Both the position numbers and the translations under genes were made by a program. DNA of 63,715 nt, the filler included, from Reticulomyxa filosa (lineage: Eukaryota > Protista > Foraminifera), in the NCBI GenBank assembly GCA_000512085.1. It is 22 parts of 22 records of this genome, joined end to end, with 100 filler letters (N's around TTAATTAATTAA, not from the genome) between each part and the next. Parts side by side here need not be neighbours in the genome. Positions count along the whole stretch, not along the records: positions 1 to 5,563 come from ASPP01005693.1; positions 5,664 to 9,623 come from ASPP01016848.1; positions 9,724 to 10,723 come from ASPP01010781.1; positions 10,824 to 12,722 come from ASPP01002320.1; 18 more parts are not named here. One strand, 5' to 3'. Each line of letters opens with the position of its first letter. Position 1 is the first letter of the stretch. Below the pieces are notes generated by a model. That model was given only the letters and a program-made list of their open reading frames with translations, did not search any database and was not told where the DNA came from. Positions 1 to 12,510 of this stretch are shown piece by piece.

Positions 1-33
<33 letters not shown>

Positions 34-100
34 TGTTTTAATCTTGTTTCATTGAAATGCCTAACTTTGTGTTCAAACAATTGCAAAGCTGAAAAGTCGC

Positions 101-2141
101 GTGGAAGAAATAATGGCGGACCCCAAGAAAAAAGCGACCGAGCGCGAGTCAGCGATAGTGAAGATGATCGACCAAGTGCTGAGTGACGAGACAGTACAGT
201 TGTACCCGGCAACGTCTCCATCAGTCGGCTTTGGTCTTTCTCTCAGTGTTGTCCAGCACCTCTTCACTACGGCTATCATCCAAGACGGTGACAGGCCTTT
301 GCCTCCAATCAAGTTCCAAGTGGTTGATATCTGGTTTCGATCCATTCTGGTTATTTGTATATAACATATACATATACATATTTAAGTGTGGATGACGCTA
401 TCAAAAACTATTTGTTGTAATCGAAATCATTGGATAGGTACGATGGAAGATGCCTCAAGTAGCAAAGTACAAGCCAATATTGGAAATATCGATTGAAGTG
501 GCGGTGCTGCCTGCGGACGAGGATGAAGACGAAGCGCTTGCAAAGAAGAAACAAAAAAAAAAACAAGCAAAAAAGAAAAGGACAAGGATAAGAAAAAGAA
601 AAAGAGCAAGAGCAAAAAAAAGAAAAAGGACAACGAGAGTGAGAGCAACAGTGAAAGCAAGGCTGACAGTACGAGCGAGGACTCGTCTTCGTCTTCCTCT
701 TCGTCTTCGGAGCCGAACGTGCAAAACAATGTATTCCAAAATACCAACGTATTTGGCTCTCCTTTTGGGATGAACTCACCTTTAAAAATGCCACCTCCGT
801 ACGCTAGACACCCAGTCTCAAAGCCTAAGATAAAGGAAAAATCATCAAAAAATTGGATTTCAAGAAACTATCAAATGTCAAAACCATCTGCTAAAAGGTC
901 TATTTATGCTGAAAAGCCTTCAAACGCCAATAGGTTTTACTCAAGAAATAACCTACTGGTACATAGTCCGGTATCACCACAAAAAAAAGAGAAAAAAAAT
1001 ACGATAAGGATGATGAAAATGATGAAGATGATGAAGATGATGACGATGATGACGAAGAAGAAGAAGAAGAAAAAGATGATGACAATAGTGATAGTAATAG
1101 CGATAGCGACAGTGATAATAAAATAAAGAAAAAGAAAAAACCAAAGGCGAAAGAGGTCGATAATCATGAACTGGTCAAATATTCCGATATCTCATGGAAA
1201 GAAGCCAAACAAATCGATTTGACGGGGAAAAAGGGCAAGAAGATGTGGAAGAAACTGCAAAAGAAACGAAGCAAAAAAGAAAAAAAAAGAAAAAAAATAA
1301 CAAAAGTGCAAAGGGCAAAGACGATAGTGGTGACGAGCTGCAAACGGAAGTGAAGAAATTAAAGAAAAAGCGCATTTATTTTATCCGAATGCGCATTCGA
1401 AACGAAGGTGGATGGAGCCATTATAGCACCACCTTCCGTGTTGAATTACCGGATATATCCATTTCTTCCAAAATTATCAAAACAATGGAAGAAAGGGAGT
1501 TACTGGTTTCTTGGCTACCCCAAACTTGTCAACAGAGGCGATGGAAACTTTTGTTCAGAGCCTCCGAACATCAATTCAGCGCGTCCATGTTTCATAGTAA
1601 ATGTGACAGTAAAAAGAATCCTACATTTGGTATGTTTTATTTCTTTATAGTGTTGTCGTATATTGCATGTGGATGATAAACCTTCAAAACTGCACGCAAA
1701 AACATATAACAATCAACAGTGATCATTGAAACGACGACGAAACATGTCTTTGGTGGATTCACGGTAACTGCGTGGAATCAGAGTGGAAATTACAACTATG
1801 ATCAACAGGCTTTCATTTTCAAGTTGCGTGAACCTGAAATGAAGAAGAAGAAATCGTGGAAAAAATATGTCAAACAAATGCAGGCGACGAATGGGGAGAA
1901 CTGGCGTGTTCCAGGGAAATTCGAATGCTTTGAACCAACAACCGCCACGTATTCAGATGGTGGGCTCGGACCTGCCTTTGGTGGTGGTCATGATTTTTAT
2001 GTTTCCGACATGTGCAATGTCCAAAACGATAGCTCTTCTAATCCAGGAAATTCTTATTCTTGTCCAACCACTCAAAGCTTTTTGACTGGAACTGGCCAGT
2101 TTTTGGTTAAAGAATATGAGGTGTTTGAATTGGTGAAATAA
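101..2141 (+). CDS. FN3 + TLDc domain protein (5' partial, spliced, homopolymer frameshifts in the low-complexity part)
   Basis: TLDc motifs WKLLFRASEHQFSASMFHSKCD, IIETTTKHVFGGFT, AFIFKL, GPAFGGGHDF, VKEYEVF, joined by intron 1630-1719 (GTATGT..CAG, in frame). FN3-like PLPP..V.DI..RSILVRWKMP (intron 350-437) and LKKKRIYFIRMRIRNEGGWSHYS. Confidence 0.85.
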
Positions 2142-2521
2142 CGATTAAATGCTTGTTTTTCTTATTTTATTTCCAAAAAAAACCCTAGCAAACTGGTTGT
2201 ATCAAATTTTTTTCTGCGAATAAAGATGTTGTTACTGCAAGTTACTTTTTATTTTTGAAGGAGCAAAAAATCCAGTGATCGCAATTCTTAATATTTTAAA
2301 GAAATCCTGCACACAAAGTACTTGATTTTTTCTTCTTTAGTAACAGAAGTGTAATTAACAATTGAAATCGAAGCACGCTTTACATACCAGCACAAAGCAA
2401 AACAAAACATATTTGCTATTATTATTGCATAAGCAAAAAAGACGGAGTTATAAGCTAAAAAAAAAAACCATCAAATAATGCGAATAAAAAAAACACACAA
2501 CAAAAAAGACCAAAACAAAAA

Positions 2522-3765
2522 TTAAGGATGAGGTTGAGCAATATTTGAAGGTACAACTGGAAGAACTTGAGAGGTGGAAGTGATTTCGTTGGCAGCATAT
2601 CGATCAGTCTTAATGACATCCCCATATAATTGCTCCAAAGTCAAATTGGCAATTTTGGCTTGAATGAAAACATGGCAACACCCGAAAAACTGGTCATAGG
2701 CATTATTGGTGAAGCCAAAACTAAAGTCCAAGCAAATCAAGTTGACAACAACATCTAATGACATGAGCATCAAATGAATATGATACTCCACCCCCGTTGT
2801 GTCCGGTTGTGTCTTCCATCGCAATATCATCAATATCACTACAGGGATCACAATAGTGTGTGAGCAAAATACAAGCAACGTATATTTCGTAATTAGGTTT
2901 ATCATTTTCATCTGATTATTGTCCAAGCCTTTAGTGTAACCAAGCGACCATTTTTTGATTATTTTGCAATATTTGCATACAAAATAAGCAACAAAAAAAA
3001 AAAAAAATGAAGCTGAAGAAAAAGAAGGGGAGGGGGGGGGGAACTAATTAAAAAAAAGGATTTTTTTTTTAAAAAAAAATTAATGTTTGAGCACTACGAT
3101 CAACTGCTAATGTCAATTTGGTTCTGTTCATTTTTGACAGGAAATGTACGTCGTCTCAAAAGAGCCAAGCGATACAAAGAATGGCAAAACAAAGTGAAAA
3201 TACCCAGCGAAGTGGCAACGTACAAGATGCCAGCAACGGCGAATTCCACTCGCAAGACAAAGTGGTTAATGTATTTCACGGCCCCTTTAAGGAGGAATGC
3301 CCACGCGAGAATGGCGATCACTAGCAAGCATATGTACGTTTTCCGTTTGTACGCGTAGTACGTATTTTGAAATGTAAAATATAGTCTTCCCACAAATATT
3401 GCATATAGCGAAGTGTACCCGGCAAAATACCCCGCTCCACTGATCGGCATCAGTATCATTAGTGTTATTTCGGGCTTGTCTTGTCCACACATTATTTCCA
3501 TCAGCACGTTGCAACAACTTGCCATCAAAAAAAATCCGTGGCAAACAATGCTTCCATTCAAAAAAAATCGAGACACTTCTACCTTTCTTTTATCTTTGCC
3601 TGATGAACGCTTATAAAGTGGCCAAAAAAATCTCACTGTCACAACCACTGCCAACACAAAAAACACCACTGCCAACGGCAAAACTGCCAAGTTCACTGAT
3701 GTATAATTCTTGCTATGACAGTAATTAAACTGACAATGCCACTCATTATGGCGATTCCGACACAT
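2522..3765 (-). CDS. Multi-pass (about 7TM, GPCR-like) membrane protein, two exons
   Basis: ORFs 3100-3765 and 2522-2926 hold about 7 hydrophobic segments separated by a homopolymer-rich intron-like gap; RLYFTF follows a TM helix. Confidence 0.6.
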
Positions 3766-4053
3766 GTCCTCTCACTTTGTTTCTGCCCTGTCTCGGCGTT
3801 TTTACAGGTCTGCCTTCGAAATTTGCTTGAACTTTCTCTGTTTTAGGTGGAGCCAAAACACTAAAACGACTTTTACGTGCCAAATTTTGTTTATTTTATT
3901 GGTGCTCGGGAGGAAAAAAAAAATTAGTGAAATTGAATGAAAAGTTGTTTAATTAAAAATGATGTCTTTGTTTTTTTTAATTAAAACAAAACAAACAAAA
4001 ATAATAATGACAATAACATTTGCAAAGAAGAAATAGAATAAGAACGACTAATG

Positions 4054-4635
4054 TCAATTGGTAGTTGATTTTTGAGAAGTATCTTGAGACAATTGATTAA
4101 TGGACGAAGTATCATCGGAATGATGATCAGTTGAAGAAGGAGAAGGAGAAGAATTTGTTGATGCTGTTGCATCTTTAGGAATATGAAAATTGTCATTAAT
4201 GAGTGTATTATATAAATGATGAGTCGCTGGGAATAAAGTATTATAATATTGTACACGCATGATATTGTTTAATAACATTCCAATTTTATAATGCTCTAAA
4301 AATGAATTATGTAATTCTTTATTTTTTGTATCTTTATTTAATTCAGGTAACAAATATTTTTGTCTTTCTTGTGATAATCTTGAACGACGTCCAATGCCTC
4401 TTGCTGCTGATAATCTTCTTTCTTTTTTCTTTTTTATTTTTTTTGCAATTAGATTTTTCAGATTCTTTTTTGCACTTTTCACGTGTACAAACTCATAAAC
4501 TAACCAAACGTGCTTGCAGCCCGAAACGTTTCGAAAGATGAAAAGACAGGGCTTGTTATGTTGGTGGAAGTGGCACAAAAAAGATACATAATGCTTGTGT
4601 GAAGAGAATTCCTTCAAGTTAAAAGGGGTATACAC
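4054..4635 (-). CDS. Hypothetical protein (basic middle, Ser/Thr-rich C-terminus)
   Basis: 193-aa ORF; no recognisable domain; start uncertain. Confidence 0.35.
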   Translation of the reverse strand: MYTPFNLKEFSSHKHYVSFLCHFHQHNKPCLFIFRNVSGCKHVWLVYEFVHVKSAKKNLKNLIAKKIKKKKERRLSAARGIGRRSRLSQERQKYLLPELNKDTKNKELHNSFLEHYKIGMLLNNIMRVQYYNTLFPATHHLYNTLINDNFHIPKDATASTNSSPSPSSTDHHSDDTSSINQLSQDTSQKSTTN

Positions 4636-4991
4636 AATTACTTTTTTTACAGTTTACTTTCGCTTTAACTTTGGTATTTGATAAATTTGTGATTGAAACA
4701 GAAATATTATTTGGTACCACATCTTTAAGATGCAATTCTCACCTTATTTTTGATTTTGTTCAAGAACAAGTTGTATAAAATTTGTGATATTCATTATCGC
4801 GCTGATGCTTCTACAAATAACTTTCGTCTACATCAAATATTATTGAAATAAAAAAAGATCAAAGATAATCTCATCAAACCTTTTTGTTCTCTTCTTTCTG
4901 CAGTATTTTTAACGAAACTTGCTGCTTTTTTTTGCGTCTAGGGTAGGGGGGAAAAGTTTTTTCTATTATCATCCGTATCAATTATCATTGC

Positions 4992-5563
4992 ATGTCAGTG
5001 TCAAAGGCAATATTCCAACAGATATCTCGTACAAAATGGTTGTTTCGGTTCTTTGTGGTGGCAATGGTCATGTTTATCATTAATTCGTTTGTCCTCTACC
5101 GTTTTTGGGACGATTTGTCGGTATCAGACACACAATTTTTTTGGCGATCAAAAAACGAAAAAGTAGTGAAGATGACTCCAATCAACAAGCATACAAACCT
5201 GTTAATCCTAGTGATCGACAACCGTATCCGACCATATAACAATTCGTCATATGACGAGAAGATATTGAGTTCATATTGGTACTATACCTTTGCCATAAAC
5301 CTAATGTACAGCAAGCAATTCAACTATTCGTTATTTGTGATCGACTTCCCGTTGACAAAGGATACGAGTGTTTGGTTTGAGAACGAGACGACGTTGAACA
5401 TTTGGAAGACATGCAGACACCGTTTCGCATCCGAAAAGGACGAGCACGTACCCATCGTGTGGTGCAAGATGGAAGTGATGTCATATTATTTGAACCAAAA
5501 GTACATATCTATTAACAACGGCATGATTCACTTGACTTTTGATTGGCTCATTTATATGGACAG
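4992..5563 (+). CDS. Type II membrane glycosyltransferase, GT34 (GMA12/MNN10)-like, 3' truncated
   Basis: N-terminal TM anchor, then N..YS..FNY, WCK and FDWLIYMD(S) leading into the DxD motif at the contig end. Confidence 0.65.
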
Positions 5564-5663
5564 NNNNNNNNNNNNNNNNNNNNNNNNNNNNNNNNNNNNN
5601 NNNNNNNTTAATTAATTAANNNNNNNNNNNNNNNNNNNNNNNNNNNNNNNNNNNNNNNNNNNN
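5564..5663. other. Artificial contig linker (N-run, TTAATTAATTAA, N-run); the same linker recurs 21 times
   Basis: Identical 100-nt structure at 5564, 9624, 10724, 12723, 13912, 15427, 20744, 22768, 24031, 26198, 35530, 41441, 42710, 44437, 52953, 54235, 56226, 58388, 59590, 60726, 62086. The core gives stops in all six frames. Confidence 0.98.
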
Positions 5664-5780
5664 CTACAAGATTAGTAGATATTTTTTAAAAAAAAAATTA
5701 GGTTTAAATCTTTATTTTTCATGAAGAAAATCGATTCTCTTCATATAGTGCCATTTAGGTATGGCAGTTTTTTTTGCAAT
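5664..5780 (+). repeat. Dispersed repeat family B, copy 1
   Basis: Nearly identical to 61669-61780 (TTTAAATCTTTATTTTTC..G.AGAAAATCGATTCTCTTCATATAGTGCCATTTAGGT). Confidence 0.9.
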
Positions 5781-5859
5781 CTACTGTATTAAGAAAGAGA
5801 AGATAATGAAGGAATCACGTGATATTAAAAAACGTCTGTTTATTATTTTATTTGTTACA

Positions 5860-8021
5860 ATCTTAAAATTCGAATTTTATAATCTGTAGAACCTGATGCA
5901 ACTATATTACCATTTTGAGAAATATCTGCACATGTCATAAAACGAGAATAAACTTTAATTTTTTTATTTCATTTCCTGATTTTGCGTTCCATAATTGAAT
6001 TGTATTATCATTTGAACATGATGCAATTATTTGATTATTTGGAAGATATTTTATATCTTTCAAATAGTTTGAATTTATTTTAAATATTTTTATTTCTCTT
6101 TCTGTTTCAATGTCCCATATTCGAATTGTCATATCAAATGAACATGATATAATAAATTTTCCATCTGAAGAAAATGTTGCAATTATTAATTACTTGAATG
6201 TCCTTTAAATTGTTTTAATCTTTCACCAGATTCTACATTCCACAAATTAATTATTTTATCAATTGACGATGATGATAAAATCATTTTACCATTTGGTGAA
6301 AACTTTGTATTTGATACACTTGTTGAATGTCCTAATAATTGTTTTATTTCTATTCCAGAATTTACATCACATAATCGTATTGTATTATCTTGTAAACCTA
6401 ATACAATATATCTTCCATCTGGAGAAAAGTGTATATCTAATATTTTATTATAATCATTTTCTAATTTCATTATTTCAGTTCCTGTATTAATATCCCATAA
6501 TCGAATTGTTCCATCACACAAGCATGAAACAATAGTATTTCCATCTGGTGAAAATCTTGCAGCAAAGACTCGATCAGTATGTATAAAAATTTGAAGTTGT
6601 TTTCCTGATGCAACATCACATATTTGAACAGTATGATCATCTGATGCTGAAACAATCTTACGATTATCTGCAGAAAATGTTACACTGTTTACTATATCGT
6701 TATGTACTTGTAAAACCATCAATGATTCAAAACCTCTTATCTATTTAAATATGTGAAATATACAAATAATAGAAAATATATTTATATCCAAAAAAAAAGT
6801 ATTACTTAACATATTCGATAACAATTTTATTAAAATCATTAATCCATCCTAATTTTATCTTTAAAATTCGAATCCAATATTGAATAATAAGTTGTATTTC
6901 ATTATTTGACTGTTAATCAATTTCAATACAATATAAGTTTGATCACAAAAAAAAAAATATATATATATACATATATTAAAAAAAAAGATTACCAATTGTG
7001 AAGAATTTCTCCAATCACTCACTTTTGTCTTCATGTGAATTGATATTTTGTCTCTTTTAAAATTATTTCCACCGATTATATGAATATAAGTATTATCTTC
7101 ATTTAATATTCCAAAACAATTATATAATGGAATATGCAAAGTAAGATCAAATATAGTTAATATATTTTCATGTATTGAATACTTGTAAATTGATTTTGAA
7201 ATAACATATCCATCATTTCCACCAAAGAATAAGATATTATCATTAATACGCACGTATGCACAATTTTTAAATTTTGCAATATTATTACAATCATGTATTT
7301 GCTCACATTGAAAATTGTTGTTATCTTCATTATATTTAATTGAAAATATTATATTATCACTAAATAATATCATTTCATAATTTTTATTATTTGTTTTCAT
7401 TATTATTTGTCTATTTTCTAATTTTGATATAAAACAATGACATGATGTATTATTTTGAAAAGTATAATGTTTAATCCATTTAAATGTATTTAAATCAAAT
7501 ACACTAATATTTTTTGGATAATAAGCAATAAATAATAAATTATTATTGCTTCCACCAATTACTGCACGTACTCTAAAATAATCATCTTCATCTCTTCCAA
7601 TATGAATTATATTATTATTATTATCTTTGAAGGGAATCCATTGATTATATTTCTTTGATTGATTCATTTTATTGTCATTATTCCAAACACTTACATATTT
7701 CATTATTAATGTATGTCTTTTTGCATATTCACATCCACCAAAAGATAACAAAGTAATTTCATTACTATCTTTATTATTATCCATCAATTTTACTACGCAA
7801 TGTCCAAATAATTCAACATTCTTTGGATACTCACAGATAAATTTATATTCATTTTTGAGTGTATGATAAGAATAACAAGCTCTTTCGTTGTTACCTCCAC
7901 AAATAAGGATTTCCTGTTTATGTAGTAAACATTGAGATTTATCAAGTGGAATGGGTAAATCCTTTAAATTTTGGAATGGAATTGAAGTAATAATAGTTTG
8001 TTTTTTATTTTGATTACCCAT
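5860..8021 (-). CDS. Kelch-like propeller + F-box-like linker + WD40 repeats (spliced; 3' end disrupted, possibly a pseudogene)
   Basis: Kelch-like GG motifs (ILICGG, SFGG, VIGG, FFGG, IIGG) in 6990-8021; short exon ~6807-6909 encoding EIQLIIQYWIRILKIKLGWINDFNKIVIEYV; WD40 repeats (FSPDG..IVS..DGTIRLWD) in 5860-6740, with frame breaks near 6186 and 5940. Confidence 0.8.
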
Positions 8022-8269
8022 GTTGCTAAACTATTCAGTGGATTAAAAAGACTCTTTTTTAAAAAAACGAAAACCCTTTTGAACATGTTTTCAATCAAAA
8101 AAACAGATAGCTCATTTTAATTTGCTTATCATCAAACAATATTTGATTTGTAAAAGTATTTTTTAAAAAATATATATCTATTAAATGAAAATCAAACAAA
8201 TTTTTATAAAAATTGTATTAATTCAAAAAAAACACTTCGTTCATATATGTTTTTCTCCAATACGAATTA

Positions 8270-8480
8270 ATTTTTGTCTGAACCATAACATAAATGAACA
8301 CCACAATTATCGTTTAATTCTTTCTCATTGCTTTTTTAATGAAACAAATTTAATGCATAAAATTCCATTATCTTCTTTCTTATCTCTATTCATTATATGT
8401 AATTCATTCTTATTTGATCGAATATCCCATAAACGAACACTTTTATCATTTGATCCATATTTTACACTCTTCATCATTAG
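8270..8480 (-). pseudogene. WD40 gene 3' fragment
   Basis: VKYGSNDKSVRLWDIRSNKNEL..ILCIKFVSLKK parallels the C-terminus of the WD40 ORF at 42037-42702 but is internally deleted. Confidence 0.65.
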
Positions 8481-9232
8481 TTTGATTTTTTGATAAAATA
8501 TCTTTCTAATTGATGTAATAAATGATTTATTTGTGATTTGAAATAGAAATAACAAAAAAAAATGCATCAACTATTGTTTTAAGATTAAAATCTCTTCATT
8601 TTGTTTTTTTTAATTTAATTCTTTTTCTGATTTTAATTTTGTAATTTCATCATATATTTGTTATTACAATTTTATTGATCAATTTTAATAAAAAGAAATG
8701 AAAGATAAACTTATTGTTTAATAATTTGTTGCATCAATTCAAATTTGTTAATTACTAAATCAAAATGTTGTTTTAAATCTATATTTATACATGTATATTC
8801 ACATCCAAATTGTTTAAACAAATAATTATCATGTAAATATCTTTTATTTTTCTTTTAAAATTACATATTACTGTCATACCTCCATCTGTCTGTCATTTTC
8901 CATTCCTTCCTATTGTTTTCAAATCTTGATTAAATTGTATTTGACATATGACATTTAGTTCATTTGCATTGCTTTCACTTTATAATATTTAAAACTATAA
9001 TGATGTTGAAAAGTAAATGTGTTATTATTACTAATCTTTGCTTTCTTTGCTTTTGATTATGATAAAATTTCCTTTTTGAAGATATTGTCTATCACCTTTT
9101 GCAATCTAATCACAAAAAAAATCTCTAATGTTGAATAATTACAAATGAAGGTTGCTAAAATTTATTTTCTTCTTTCGATTCTTATTAGTAAAATATTTTT
9201 GACTTCTAACAAAAAGTTGAAACATTTTTTTT

Positions 9233-9612
9233 TTACAAAAGATAACACTTTCGAGATTTTTCATATCTATCTCCGACAGCAGCAAGTATGCATGTTTCTA
9301 TAACTTTGTAAATATTCTCATTTTTGATTGAGCTGCACTCAATATATCGAAATGCTCCAAGTTTTAAAGCAAATTGTTTTGCCTCAGCAGTGCTTATGCA
9401 TTTACTGAACTGGAGGATTGATGAAAATTTTAAAATTTCGGAAATTAAATCATAAGGCAGAACTTTTTTCTTCTTATTCTTGCTTACATTCATTTTTTTT
9501 TCAAACCAACTGTTTATTATCAAACTTTGGACATGACATCTGTGTTCCTCGCTTTCAAATGGATAATTTTCTCGCAAATCAGTTTTTGTTCCACAAATTA
9601 CAAATGGGACTC
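9233..9612 (-). CDS. Rho/Rac-family small GTPase, last exon (5' truncated), with long insert
   Basis: VPFVICGTKTDLR (G4), ISTAEAKQFALKLGAFRYIECSS (G5 region), C-terminal CAAX CYLL. Confidence 0.85.
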
Positions 9613-9891
9613 CTTTTTTTTTTNNNNNNNNNNNNNNNNNNNNNNNNNNNNNNNNNNNNNNNNNNNNTTAATTAATTAANNNNNNNNNNNNNNNNNNNNN
9701 NNNNNNNNNNNNNNNNNNNNNNNTTTGCACACAATGTCTTAACAACTTGAATTTCCCTCGCTTTCTGTTTGCTCTGATTTTCTCTTTTTTTTCCCCTTCG
9801 TATTTCTTTCTTTTTTTTTTTCCCCCCTTTCCTCCTTGCCTTCTCTCCTGTTTCCCCGGTATAATCGTTGGAACTTTAAAAAACTGTAGTA

Positions 9892-10620
9892 ATGGATATG
9901 ATCTCAAAGCAATGTAACAACAGCCGACAAGTGGTTGGACTAACCTTTCTAGGCTGCGTGGTCATATTGTGGGTTTCGAGCAGTGAAATAACTCAAGCCA
10001 TATTAAAAAATCAAAACTTTGACCGTCCATTTTTCCTCACGTACTTCAATGTATCCTTTTTCGCAATTTATATGCCCTTTTTTTCCCGCCTGTTTTATCA
10101 TTCTTGCCAGTTTCATCAGACAAAGTCGAACTGTTGTATACATGCATTTTTATTTCTTTCTTTCTTGTTTGTTTTTTTTTTTTTTTTTTTTTTTTGTAAC
10201 TATTTTTATTTTTTCCATCCTCCTCCTTCTCTCGCCTTCAAAAAAACATAAAACAAACTTAGAAAATTCTCCAGTGATCCGTCCACTCCTTCATACACAA
10301 AGTTGTCCACAAATGAAGACAGCTTGGACTCTGAAGACGAAAATGCAAACACAAACACAAATGCAAATGGGTCCGTAGATGGGCCCAGGATTGAGGTGTG
10401 TCATCGAATTCTGTGTTCAAAAAAAATTACGTATAAAGAACAATGCAATTGGCTTTTTATAAACAAAAAACATGTACAAAAAAAAAAAAAAAAAAAAAAA
10501 GGAAAAAAGCAGTGAAGAATTAATAACACTAACTTTGGATGACCCAAAAAGTGCTAACTTTTGCAATGACTGCACATGTTGCACAGCTGATTTAGATCCT
10601 CCCAGATTGTCTCTTCAAGG
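9892..10620 (+). CDS. SLC35F5/THI74-like DMT-superfamily transporter, 5' part
   Basis: GLTFLGCVVILWVSSSEITQAIL..FDRPFFLTYFNVSFFAIY matches the SLC35F5-type N-terminal pattern; further exons separated by homopolymer-rich introns. Confidence 0.75.
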
Positions 10621-12264
10621 AGTTTTTGTTCATTTGTTCACTTTTTTTTTTTAATAAAAAAAAAAAAAAAAGGGGGGGGGGGGGGGTAAAAAGGAAAAAG
10701 AAAAAATTAAAAATAAGAAATTTNNNNNNNNNNNNNNNNNNNNNNNNNNNNNNNNNNNNNNNNNNNNTTAATTAATTAANNNNNNNNNNNNNNNNNNNNN
10801 NNNNNNNNNNNNNNNNNNNNNNNCAAATGTTATGATGAAGATGCTGGCATTTTTGTCAATGCTTTCCATTATGATCTTTCATACTCTTTGAGAGGAATTA
10901 ATGGCATGATATTTCAAAAGACAAGTCATTGATTATCTTTTTGAAAAAGTCAGGGCCGAACGACATCAATCTCCACTTCAGCTCTACAGTTAAGCAGTAG
11001 TGAAATCTTTGTTGTTTGCTACAAAACACAAACATTACAAAGATAAAAAATAAAAAACTTGAATCGCATCCCCCCACCTGACACTTTTTTTTAAAAAAAA
11101 CTGGTTAATTTTTTAAAAATTGGTCCAAAAAAAATCAAAAATGACCCACAAATTACAAAAAATGACACAATTCTGAAAAATCCAAAAGCGTATCGCAATC
11201 ATCAATTCTCATTTTTAGAAAAAAAACATTGATATGCCATTTGACTGGTGCTGATTAAACTGGTCAAAAACTTGTATAATTAAAGTGAAATCCAAAAACA
11301 TCAATGCTAGAATATAACCCAACATCAAAAAGCACAAACAAAATTTGGAAAAAAATTATTATTGAAAGCAACACTAACAGCTTAAATTTCTATTTTTCCA
11401 AAAAAAAAAAACAACGTACAAACGCTAATTATTTATTTAAAAGCAGTGTACGTGTACGTATCAATTAAGAAACCAAGGTTTCAAAATTTCAAATTCGTGT
11501 TATTTTCAAAGCTTGAAAATTAACTTATGGAAAACATAATATACTACAATTTGTTCATTGAGTCATTTCTATAAATATAAAATGCGTCTTAGGACAAATG
11601 CTATCCAAAATAGTTGGACTTGCTAACAGAATAAAGTCTGCAATGATGTGGAACTAATCATTTATCTAATTATTCTTCAACTTTTAATATCGACAGCCAT
11701 GTTTTTAATTTGATTAGCGTCGATCCTATTGACAAATATATCATTCGATAAATTACTATTATTTGATATTCGACTTTTTTTTGTTCGTGTCCTTTTTTTT
11801 TAAAAAAAAACCAAGAGTAGAATAAGTATATTCTATATACATACTTACACGTACCACAATTTACTCCTTTTTCCACATTTTGACTCTTTCGACTAAAATG
11901 TCACAAAAACCGGCCAAGCTATAAAATTATAATTAAATAATAACATTCGCCAAAGTACTTATCCATGATTACGTATTCACAGATTATTTCTTTCAATTAA
12001 ACATTACACAATAATGATTTGAATGATAACAATAAAAAAATTGACAAATCGATTGTTGCTTATTTAATAGATATTCAATTTTTTTTTGTTAATCACCTTT
12101 CATGTGTATACGTACGTATATGTTTTTAATGTTGTTTTCTTTTACAGACATAACAATCATTAGTTTTGTGGAGAAGACAACATTAGATGATACAACTCGG
12201 ACATATGGATAACTTTTGAGAATATCCCTTGACAATAATACGATCGTCATTTACAGGTATCATT

Positions 12265-12510
12265 ACTATAACAATATAAATGCACTATTTGATATGTGGC
12301 CAGTTCCAGTGTGTGTGATGCCTCTATTTCCACTATTTTCACAACATGTCATTGTGTTGCTTTTTATATCATCACAGCATTTCTTTGTCTTGTCAGTTGA
12401 ACCGCCATTCACTACTAACGTTTGTACATTTGGCGAACCAGTGAAGTCAAACGCTCTTCAAAACAGCTCTCACTGTTCCGAGCAGGCACAATCACTCTTT
12501 CTTGTTTCAT
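12265..12510 (-). pseudogene. Degraded GT2 (Glycos_transf_2) glycosyltransferase fragment
   Basis: Manual translation: MKQERVIVPARNSESCFEERLTSLVRQMYK, frameshift, TLVVNGGSTDKT...NRG, then a stop. Follows the GT2 pattern VIVPA.N/SL..Q.Y/VV.GSTD.T/N.G. Confidence 0.6.

Noticed and set aside
408-1375. Many Phe/Ser/Leu-rich 'membrane protein' ORFs (also 24243-24819, 46131-46574, 62708-62986)
   Set aside because: Antisense or off-frame shadows of purine-rich low-complexity tracts.
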